24,426 bases of DNA, from positions 1 through 24,426 of the IMG/VR virus record IMGVR_UViG_3300020045_017368; one strand, written 5' to 3'. The DNA comes from a virus (lineage: Duplodnaviria; Caudoviricetes). The position numbers and the translations under genes were made by a program. The notes below the pieces were generated by a model, which was not told the origin of the DNA, ran no database searches, and worked only from the letters and a program-made list of their open reading frames with translations. Shown here one piece after another: positions 17,253-23,958 of this stretch. Every line of letters begins with the position of its first letter. Position 1 is the stretch's first letter.

Positions 17253-17821
17253 TATGACATCATCACCTTCTCAAACTTCTGGCCCATGGCATCACCCATA
17301 CGTTCGTATTTATACCCGGGCCAATCCGGATCGAATTTATCAGGCTCATCGAGTACATGTTTGCAAAAGGTGGCCATCGATTTTCTGAGCATGGCCCATT
17401 CGTGCTGTAATCTCTGGTTTTTGGATTGCGTTACGCTTTCATATGCATCTTCCACCATCAGCATGACTGCATTGAAAAAGTCCGGGCCCAGTTTGTTGTC
17501 GTCGCTGATGTTCAGGATCATGGTTTTCATCTCTTTGATGATCCGGTTGTATTTTTCCCAGTCCTTTTGGGTCAGGATGAACCTTCCGCCGCCGTATAGG
17601 ATTTTGTTGATGTTGTCTACCCTGGCCTGGATGCGGGCCATCACGTCAAATGTTTTTTTCGGCATGTCGCAATCAAGGCTGGTGGCCATTGCAAAGACCA
17701 GGTCTGCGGTGTATATTTGTCTGCGTATGGATCGGGTCAGTTTTAATGGGGATGGTGCGGCTTCCATGGCGATAATGCGGGTTGCCGGGATCGATGTGGT
17801 GTGGGTGGTTTGGAGGCTCAT
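17252..17821 (-). CDS. Hypothetical protein (189 aa, helical)
   Basis: Translationally coupled to the antirepressor (ATGA) and to the xis-like gene. Confidence 0.7.
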   Translation of the reverse strand: MSLQTTHTTSIPATRIIAMEAAPSPLKLTRSIRRQIYTADLVFAMATSLDCDMPKKTFDVMARIQARVDNINKILYGGGRFILTQKDWEKYNRIIKEMKTMILNISDDNKLGPDFFNAVMLMVEDAYESVTQSKNQRLQHEWAMLRKSMATFCKHVLDEPDKFDPDWPGYKYERMGDAMGQKFEKVMMS

Positions 17822-18579
17822 GACATCACCTCCCGGATGCTTTCAAGGAAAAAGAGTTGCTGAACAGGGGTCCCTGATCCTGATTTTTTACCGGTATCTT
17901 TGAGAATGGTATATTGTTTGCCTTTGGCGGTTGGCTTCCAGTTGAGCTTGTTTTTATCGTCCCTGTAAGATTCAATGACGCCATTTTGTTCAAGCAGCTT
18001 ATTGGTTTTTTGGGCGGTGAGCCCCAGTATTTTACCAAGCTGGGTGGCTGTCAGGTGTTGTTCCTGCTCTTCACATATCAAGTGTGTGGCGCCAATAATA
18101 TCAAGAAGGTTTACGCCGGTTATGCGGCGAACTGCTGTATTCGCGCAAAGAGTTGCCTGGTTCCCTTTCAGGCCTGCGGCTTTTGCGATTGCAACGGCGG
18201 CTTTGAATTCGTTTGATACGGGGATCAGTGTTTCGGGTTCGTGGTCAGGCATGATGTATGAGCCTGTTTTACGGATTGATGGAAGGACTTCTGATGTCAC
18301 CCATCTTCTGAATGGTTTTGCTTCTGGCTTAGGAGATTTGAGAATGAGTGTATAAAGACCGGATTCATTAATTGTGAGGAGTTCTTGTTTTCCGCCATGG
18401 GTGTCATGTGAAATGATACCCTTTTCATCTTCATCGAGATGGTTTTTGAGAGCCTGACTCGTGTTACCAAACCCAAGAACTTCACAAACATCCTTGGCAA
18501 CCCACCAGGGGTTTCCGTCCTGGTCCTCGATAACTCTGATTTCTTTTTCTTGGTACGAAAATGGAATGATATTGCTCAT
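17818..18579 (-). CDS. BRO-N family phage antirepressor
   Basis: IRVIEDQDGNPWWVAKDVCEVLG...INESGLYTLILKSPKPEAKPFRRWVTSEVLPSIRKTGSY is a BRO-N signature. The C-terminal LTATQLGK...WKPTAKG is KilA-C/ANT-like. AAGGAGG RBS. Confidence 0.92.
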   Translation of the reverse strand: MSNIIPFSYQEKEIRVIEDQDGNPWWVAKDVCEVLGFGNTSQALKNHLDEDEKGIISHDTHGGKQELLTINESGLYTLILKSPKPEAKPFRRWVTSEVLPSIRKTGSYIMPDHEPETLIPVSNEFKAAVAIAKAAGLKGNQATLCANTAVRRITGVNLLDIIGATHLICEEQEQHLTATQLGKILGLTAQKTNKLLEQNGVIESYRDDKNKLNWKPTAKGKQYTILKDTGKKSGSGTPVQQLFFLESIREVMS

Positions 18580-18620
18580 ACTGCCTCCTTTAAAGTTTTT
18601 GAATAAAAGGAGGTGTATGA
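18576..18620 (-). promoter_or_regulatory. Hairpin sequestering the antirepressor SD and start codon
   Basis: Minus strand TCATAC-A-CCTCCTTT-N14-AAAGGAGG-CA-GTATGA. Confidence 0.7.
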
Positions 18621-18663
18621 CGCAAATTTAGATTTAGATTTTATTGTGCTTGCTGATTGTTGC

Positions 18664-18748
18664 ATTCTACCCCTCCATGGTGGAGGGGTCAGCGATCTGC
18701 TGGGGAGCGATCGTTGTTATTCTCTCATAATAAAAATAAAAATGTCAA
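18664..18748 (-). promoter_or_regulatory. Two candidate leftward sigma70 promoters for the antirepressor-xis-int operon
   Basis: TTGACA(18748-18743)-N18-GAGAAT with TGn, and CTGACC(18692-18687)-N17-TAGAAT(18669-18664) whose spacer is filled by a perfect inverted repeat (18669-18689). Confidence 0.45.
18686..18709 (+). repeat. 24-bp exact direct repeat, copy 1 (GGGTCAGCGATCTGCTGGGGAGCG)
   Basis: Identical to 22741-22764. Confidence 0.95.
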
Positions 18749-18774
18749 ATATTTTTAACGCAGCTATAGCTGTT

Positions 18775-18954
18775 TCAGTCAATCCCCAACTGATTCCGGA
18801 TCAGCCTGCATGTCAGGTCTTTTATTTCTGGGTGGCGCGGAACTGGTGAAACCTTGCCGTTGGCTGGATTGGCATACAGATCATGACTGCCGCCGTGTCG
18901 TTTCAGATAACAGCCATGTTCAACAAGCTCCTTAATAAATTTGCGTCGCTTCAT
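18775..18954 (-). CDS. hicA: HicA family mRNA interferase toxin (59 aa; not in the ORF track)
   Basis: MKRRKFIKELVEHGCYLKRHGGSHDLYANPANGKVSPVPRHPEIKDLTCRLIRNQLGID has the GSH and VPRH motifs; ATGA overlap with hicB. Confidence 0.92.
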   Translation of the reverse strand: MKRRKFIKELVEHGCYLKRHGGSHDLYANPANGKVSPVPRHPEIKDLTCRLIRNQLGID

Positions 18955-19154
18955 GCAAAGTTCAGGTCTATTTCTTCAGTGTGAAGTTCTGGTACCGGGA
19001 GTCCCATGGCGTCCTCCATAAGAAGCTTGTAGGCATCGGCAATGTTCTCTTTGAGTTCTTCAAGTGTTTCTCCCTGGCTGATTACGCCTGGGATTTCCTG
19101 CAAACGCCCTACATACCAGCCGTCGTCTCTGCCGTATATTAGTGTGAATTTCAT
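18951..19154 (-). CDS. hicB: HicB family antitoxin, short form without DNA-binding domain
   Basis: DDGWYVGRLQEIPGVISQGETLEELKENIADAYKL...LPVP is the HicB partial RNase H fold signature. Confidence 0.92.
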   Translation of the reverse strand: MKFTLIYGRDDGWYVGRLQEIPGVISQGETLEELKENIADAYKLLMEDAMGLPVPELHTEEIDLNFA

Positions 19155-19190
19155 AATAGTTGCTCTTTCCTATGTTGTTTGTTTTCTTTT

Positions 19191-19221
19191 TTGCTGGATT
19201 TGATATTATGTTACTGGATTT
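19191..19221. repeat. 11-bp direct repeat, 20 bp apart, in the divergent intergenic region upstream of hicB
   Basis: TTGCTGGATTT (19191-19201) and TTACTGGATTT (19211-19221). Confidence 0.6.
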
Positions 19222-19250
19222 CGTTCATTATTTTTTAGGAGGTTTTTTTA

Positions 19251-19448
19251 ATGGTTCAATCGAAAATTGACCAGGCCGTTCCTTTTTCGGCCAGGCAAGA
19301 AAATGTGCATTTATCCCAAGTTGTTCCGCATGCTGATAGTTCTTTATTGTTTGTGTATCCAAATGAGCGATCCGCTCGGGATGAGGCTGCAAAACGTGTA
19401 AAAGTTTTTTTAGGCGCCACCCGTAAGCCTGACTTCCGATGCTTTTAA
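19251..19448 (+). CDS. Hypothetical 65-aa protein, counter-oriented
   Basis: AGGAGG RBS at good spacing; its stop shares a TTAA with the convergent gene's stop (19445-19448). Confidence 0.5.
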   Translation: MVQSKIDQAVPFSARQENVHLSQVVPHADSSLLFVYPNERSARDEAAKRVKVFLGATRKPDFRCF

Positions 19449-19744
19449 CTCCCGGTTTTATGCTGGTCATATCCGGTTTTCTGATCAAGCTGGCGTTGAA
19501 GGAAATCCGCCTTGAATTCCAGAATTAGATTACGCATCGAGAGTTCATAAGCCCGGATGTTAGCTTCATTTGCCTTTGTGCTGCCTTCGACCACGCCTTC
19601 TAACCGAGATACCCTTTCTCTTAAATCAACCATATTGCTCTCAATTGCCCTCATACGAGTGTCTATTTGATCTATCTGAGGCTTCATTGCCTCCCGGATC
19701 GCCGAAAAAAAAGTCTCTTTTGTTAATGTTTCTATCCAGCTCAT
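19445..19744 (-). CDS. Hypothetical coiled-coil protein (~99 aa)
   Basis: Heptad pattern IDQIDTRMRAIESNMVDLRERVSRLEG; GGAG upstream favours ATG 19744 over 19756. Confidence 0.7.
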   Translation of the reverse strand: MSWIETLTKETFFSAIREAMKPQIDQIDTRMRAIESNMVDLRERVSRLEGVVEGSTKANEANIRAYELSMRNLILEFKADFLQRQLDQKTGYDQHKTGS

Positions 19745-19847
19745 GGTTATCTCCATTTTGTTTGGTTTAAACTGTTATCTGAAAATCAGGGATTCCATAA
19801 TATCGTTTCGGTTTTGGGTATGTAATAATCATGCTGTTGCTCTTGGG

Positions 19848-20621
19848 TTATTGACAAGCACCAGCCATCCTGGCCCCGTATGTTGCCTGACTCTCTGTGT
19901 ATTTGTCCCCGGCATCGGATGAGAGTTGATTAATGAGGCCATCACAAGAGAACCCCATCGTTTTAAGGTAGTTTTTAGCAGATCTAACAGCCTGCTCGTT
20001 CCAATTAATATTTAGACTATCAACTGCTATGGTAGCGTCATAGACATCATATCTGTCACCAGCGTCGGAGGAGAGTTGATTGATAAGGCCACTTCGCGAG
20101 AACCCCATAACTCTTATGTAATTCTTCGCAGATCTAACGGCGTTATTTTGTGGTACAGTCATGCTGCCAACCAATATCGGTTTGTCAACTTTCTCAACGG
20201 ATGACCGTTTTACATGGTTACGTGATATTGTATTGTTTTGAGCTTGTGGAGGTTGAGATGGCGGGAGAGTCCTGTAATATGTTTCTCTGGTTTTGTCCTC
20301 AGCTATTTTTTTGACATTTTCTTGTTCGATGTCTCTGAAATGATCCTTTATCATTTTATTGGCTTGTTCAGCAGATATGCCAAGCCTTTTAAAGTCCTTT
20401 GCAACAGATGCGGCGGAGATATAGTCAGTTGAGATTCGTCCATGTTTTATTAAAAGTTCACCATTAACATCGGCTGTTATTGTTCCTGATGCTCTTTTTA
20501 AAATGAACTCCCTAACATCCATTTTGCCATATTTTTGAAGAAATTCACTGGTTGTGATGGCCGTGGCGTTGGTTGTGAAAACGAGTGAAGCTATCGTGAA
20601 AATAATAAATAAGCCTTTCAT
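19848..20621 (-). CDS. Secreted protein with two Ltp repeats (superinfection-exclusion-like)
   Basis: Signal peptide ending ATA; two ~50-aa repeats AVRSAKNY...MGFS..GLINQLSSDAGD.Y...AT, offset 150 bp in the DNA; GGAGG RBS. Confidence 0.85.
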   Translation of the reverse strand: MKGLFIIFTIASLVFTTNATAITTSEFLQKYGKMDVREFILKRASGTITADVNGELLIKHGRISTDYISAASVAKDFKRLGISAEQANKMIKDHFRDIEQENVKKIAEDKTRETYYRTLPPSQPPQAQNNTISRNHVKRSSVEKVDKPILVGSMTVPQNNAVRSAKNYIRVMGFSRSGLINQLSSDAGDRYDVYDATIAVDSLNINWNEQAVRSAKNYLKTMGFSCDGLINQLSSDAGDKYTESQATYGARMAGACQ

Positions 20622-20725
20622 GATTCCCTCCTGAATAGCTTTTTAGCGAAGAAATAAGGGTTTCCCTGATATTATGTCCCCGGATTTCTTAATGGATAGA
20701 CACTTCAAGGCTGGCGCCATAACAA

Positions 20726-21229
20726 TTAATCCCGATCCAAAATAAACCCACATGACGCGCACTTGAAAACCTTTTTTTTCATGATTAACAGCCACCCTAT
20801 AAGGCCGCTGATCAATGAACCGGCAGCAATAAAAACCGCCAGGCCGACGGAAATAGGAGTAGCTCCGGCAGAAATCATTAACATCACGGCAAAGAAAACG
20901 CCGCAAATAGATGGGATGACGATCAAACGCCCGATAAGCTGGACTATACCACTGAATTTGTATATTTTTGTGGGGGCCATGGTCTCCTTTGATCCGCAGG
21001 CATTGCAGTTTAGATGCGGAATAACCTTGGGCTCTGGAAAAATCGGGAACGGTTCAATATCAGGAGGTGCTGGTGGGGCTTCTTCTTTTTTTAGTTTTTG
21101 TTCTTTTTGTTGTTGTGCTTTCCTTTTCTGGATCTGCTCATACTTCTCAAAAATGATCCCGCACCGAGGACATTCAACAGCCCCAGGATTTCGTTTGAAC
21201 TCACACTTTGGGCATGAAAGGTTTTGCAT
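20726..21229 (-). CDS. Zn-ribbon membrane protein (4 CxxC, 2 TM segments)
   Basis: CPKC/CPRC at the N-terminus, then CNAC, two hydrophobic helices and CASC; AGGAGG RBS. Confidence 0.8.
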   Translation of the reverse strand: MQNLSCPKCEFKRNPGAVECPRCGIIFEKYEQIQKRKAQQQKEQKLKKEEAPPAPPDIEPFPIFPEPKVIPHLNCNACGSKETMAPTKIYKFSGIVQLIGRLIVIPSICGVFFAVMLMISAGATPISVGLAVFIAAGSLISGLIGWLLIMKKKVFKCASCGFILDRD

Positions 21230-21281
21230 AAAACCTCCTTATGAGGTGAAATTTAGAAAACTGACAAATGAAACAATAAAA

Positions 21282-21791
21282 TTAGGGCTCACTCGATATA
21301 TTCCCGTCAAAATATTTGCTAAATGGTATGATTCTGCATTTAGTCTCCATTCGCTGCTGGTCTCTTTTTATAGCTTCTGTTTTTCTTTTTAGCTTCATTT
21401 TTATAATATCATGAACTTCTTCGTAACCATGTAAGTCTATTGATTCAAGAATAAGCAAATCTTCATTTATTTCTTTAGCCTTTTCTGGATTTTTAAATTT
21501 AGAAACAAGGTTTTGATGTTCAGATAGTATCTTTATTGTTTTAATGGGTTCCCCATCTATAATATCTTTCCCTTTTTGAAGTATTTCTAAATAATCAACT
21601 TCAATTATATCAGATATTTGAAGTTGTTTTTCAAATGGCGCTACCCTGAAATCATTCCCAAGGTATTTGCTAATCGTGCCGTCTTCAACTTGTAACTCAA
21701 GCGCAAGCCAATTTTGAGTTTTACCATTATCTTTAAGCCATTTTTTGACAAATGCTCGAAAATATAAATATGCCGAATAATTAGATTTCAT
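21282..21791 (-). CDS. XRE-family HTH repressor (CI-like), no recognisable S24 peptidase domain
   Basis: KTQNWLALELQVEDGTISKYL HTH; divergent from the cro-like gene. Confidence 0.75.
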   Translation of the reverse strand: MKSNYSAYLYFRAFVKKWLKDNGKTQNWLALELQVEDGTISKYLGNDFRVAPFEKQLQISDIIEVDYLEILQKGKDIIDGEPIKTIKILSEHQNLVSKFKNPEKAKEINEDLLILESIDLHGYEEVHDIIKMKLKRKTEAIKRDQQRMETKCRIIPFSKYFDGNISSEP

Positions 21792-21795
21792 TTCT

Positions 21796-21901
21796 TATCA
21801 ATATTGGAAAGATTTAAAAAGTTAAACAAAAAAAACTTTCCCAAAAAGAAATTTTAGTTTGACAATATGTTTCCAGTATGGCAATATTTCCACCATGGAA
21901 A
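21796..21901. promoter_or_regulatory. Genetic switch: four 15-bp operator-like palindromes (TTTCCA-N3-TGGAAA) and a rightward promoter
   Basis: TATCAATATTGGAAA 21796, TTTCCCAAAAAGAAA 21837, TTTCCAGTATGGCAA 21870, TTTCCACCATGGAAA 21887; TTGACA(21859)-N17-CAATAT(21882). Confidence 0.7.
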
Positions 21902-22104
21902 ATTTAAATCAGAGAATAGCAGCTCAATATCTCGGTATATCAGAAGGTTATTTGTCAAAAATACTTTCAGGTAAAAGTCAGCCGAGAAAAAAGGTTTTAG
22001 AGAATATTTCCAAAAAAACAAATTCAAACCCTGAAATTTGGATTTTTGGTACAAGGATTCAGAAAGAATCAGCAATTAAGCAAGCCTTAACCAAGCAGAT
22101 CTAA
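21895..22104 (+). CDS. Cro-like HTH protein (69 aa), probably leaderless
   Basis: LNQRIAAQYLGISEGYLSKILSGKSQP HTH. ATG 21895 lies ~7 nt after the -10 box; the track's TTG start is the -35 box. Confidence 0.8.
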   Translation: MENLNQRIAAQYLGISEGYLSKILSGKSQPRKKVLENISKKTNSNPEIWIFGTRIQKESAIKQALTKQI

Positions 22105-22242
22105 TATGAGGCCATATAACAATGCTTAAATCAATTATTTCTTTGTTTGTGCCAATAATATCAATAAGATAAACATGATAGCGAGGCTAAAATTACTTTA
22201 TCGGTAGCCACGGAACACCCATCGGACATTTTCAGGCAAGCA

Positions 22243-22641
22243 GTGCAATCCATTACCGCCCCGGTAATGGCTGATTTGATTTCATGCGGCAAAACACACG
22301 TTTACAAGCAAGCGGCTCATCCAGACAGAAACGGCGAGGCCCGTATTTCATTCATTGAGAAGGCAGAGAGGATGCTCACGGCAATTATGATTAAGAATCC
22401 TATGTTGGCTCAGACAATCGCTGATCGTTTTTGCCGGATTTGTGGCGGACAATTTGTTCGAAACACACCTGTGGCGGCAGATAAGAACACACTTGCAGAG
22501 GAGTTGCTTGATAACCTGCCGGCGCTCTCACATTACACGGAAATAATGAAGGACCCTTCGGCAACGATTGAGCGCAAACAGGCTGCAAAGCGGGCATTAT
22601 TAGATGAAATAGAACAGGATTTTGACAAATCCTTGGCATAA
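22243..22641 (+). CDS. CII-like phage regulatory protein (start uncertain; frame open from 22168)
   Basis: Position after cro; HTH-like APVMADLISCGKTHVYKQA and ADRFCRICGGQFV resemble phage CII-family regulators. Confidence 0.5.
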   Translation: MQSITAPVMADLISCGKTHVYKQAAHPDRNGEARISFIEKAERMLTAIMIKNPMLAQTIADRFCRICGGQFVRNTPVAADKNTLAEELLDNLPALSHYTEIMKDPSATIERKQAAKRALLDEIEQDFDKSLA

Positions 22642-22653
22642 TTTTTTAACTGG

Positions 22654-22707
22654 CCCGTCCGCTGGAAATAATCCATTGAACTACCCGGTGGAAACAGCTT
22701 GGGCGGG
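22654..22707 (+). other. Long interrupted stem-loop in the intergenic region after the cII-like gene
   Basis: CCCGTCC/GGGCGGG, GCTG/CAGC and TCCATTG/CGGTGGA; G-U pairs favour + strand RNA; no U tail. Confidence 0.55.
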
Positions 22708-22740
22708 GTGGTTATACGGCAACGACACAACAATTAACAA

Positions 22741-22764
22741 GGGTCAGCGATCTGCTGGGGAGCG
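22741..22764 (+). repeat. 24-bp exact direct repeat, copy 2
   Basis: Identical to 18686-18709. Confidence 0.95.
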
Positions 22765-22798
22765 GTCAAGGCCCGAAACGAGGTTGGGAGAATAAATA

Positions 22799-23155
22799 AT
22801 GGAATTAACGAGAGTATTGACAATAGAAGACTTTGAATGAGGGGCTATCCTGGAACGGCTTGAGCACGAACTCCAGGAGGTCATAGCAGACTGCTTTGAC
22901 GTCAACAAGGTCCCTGGTTCAGCCAGGGAGATATCATGCAAGATCAAAATTAAGCCGGACCATAACCGAAGCTGGCTGGAAATAACAATAGAGACAGGAA
23001 ATAAGCTTGGCAAACGCCATACCATCCAAAGCAAGGCGTTTATGGATGCACAATCCAAAACCGCTTTGGAACTTACGGCAAAAGAGGATGACATGTTTGA
23101 TGTTTCAGGGAAACCAAATATATCCGTTATCGGCGGAAGAGCACAGGAGAGATAA
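22799..23155 (+). pseudogene. Conserved phage early protein with an in-frame TGA at codon 14 (pseudogene, error or recoding); not in the ORF track
   Basis: GGGAG RBS; MELTRVLTIEDFE*GAILERLEHELQEVIADCFDVNKVPGSAREISCKIKIKPDHNRS... stays open to TAA 23153-23155, 3 nt before the next gene. Confidence 0.75.
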
Positions 23156-23158
23156 TCA

Positions 23159-23875
23159 ATGAATTACATGCTATCGAACGCAATGATTCAGTTCAGAGAG
23201 ATGATTGACCTTGAAAAGAAAATTCAGGTCGGTGAAAAAGAGTTCATTAAAAGTGGTTTTTCGGCTGTCAAAGCGTCCATCGTGGAGCCGCTTGGCATCA
23301 GTACATTGACCGGTATTGTGGACTTTGTGAAAGGTAATGTTGAGCCAGTATACGCAAAGAATATGCACATCCATGTGGCTTCTCCAACTCAGGTATTTCT
23401 TTCAACGGATTCATTTGGGCCATGGCTGCAGCGCCATGTTTTCATTTCATCCAGTGCTTTAGTAACGGATTTTAAATTTGGTAACAAATACAATCCAGAA
23501 ACGTTCGTGATTGCGCTTCTTTCACAGTTCCAGGAAACAGATCACCGGAACGCTTTGCTCTCTGTCTGCAGCAATATTACCAAGGAGAGCGTTGGAACGA
23601 TCAATGACACCGGGCACAGTCAAAAAATGGAAGTAAGGAAGGGCGTATCCATGCGGCAGGAAGTGGAGTTTAAGAACCCCGTCATTCTCCAGCCCTTACG
23701 CACCTTTGCAGAAATTAAACAACCAGAATCTGAATTTGTATTCCGCATTCATGACAATTACGATATTTCCTGCTCTCTTAATGAGGCGGATGGGTCAGCA
23801 TGGAGGCTGAAAGCCGTCACAGGTATCCGCGATTATTTCAACGAAATTCTGCCGGATATTCCGGTAATTGCGTAA
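23159..23875 (+). CDS. Conserved phage protein (possibly distantly YfdQ/DUF2303-like)
   Basis: AGGAG RBS; HVASPTQV, NPVILQPLRTFAEIKQPESEFVFR and EADGSAW motifs recall a widespread prophage family usually paired with the upstream gene. Confidence 0.7.
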   Translation: MNYMLSNAMIQFREMIDLEKKIQVGEKEFIKSGFSAVKASIVEPLGISTLTGIVDFVKGNVEPVYAKNMHIHVASPTQVFLSTDSFGPWLQRHVFISSSALVTDFKFGNKYNPETFVIALLSQFQETDHRNALLSVCSNITKESVGTINDTGHSQKMEVRKGVSMRQEVEFKNPVILQPLRTFAEIKQPESEFVFRIHDNYDISCSLNEADGSAWRLKAVTGIRDYFNEILPDIPVIA

Positions 23876-23958
23876 CTCTCTCCAATAAAGCCTGCCGGGG
23901 CTGGCCTTTGGCGAACCCGGCGCCATAATTTAGCCAATTACAAAAAGGACTATGATTG

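Noticed and set aside
18613-18849. 78-aa + strand ORF with nearby AGGAGG
   Set aside because: It overlaps hicA antisense and the ant promoter region. The AGGAGG is the complement of the anti-SD arm and is not positioned for this start.
19228-19488. 86-aa minus-strand ORF
   Set aside because: No convincing RBS, it overlaps the upstream gene, and the opposite-strand 65-aa ORF has better signals.
17211-21392. Long + strand ORFs 17211-17903, 17975-18355 and 20763-21392
   Set aside because: Antisense shadows of better-supported minus-strand genes; no motifs or RBS.
18686-22764. CRISPR or mini-array interpretation of the 24-bp repeat; also attL/attR of a nested element
   Set aside because: Only two copies, 4 kb apart, with no spacer periodicity or cas genes. 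The enclosed DNA includes the core immunity switch and no dedicated recombinase, although recombination between the copies cannot be excluded.
22744-23094. 116-aa minus-strand ORF
   Set aside because: Shadow of the + strand TGA-interrupted gene, which has an RBS and fits the operon.
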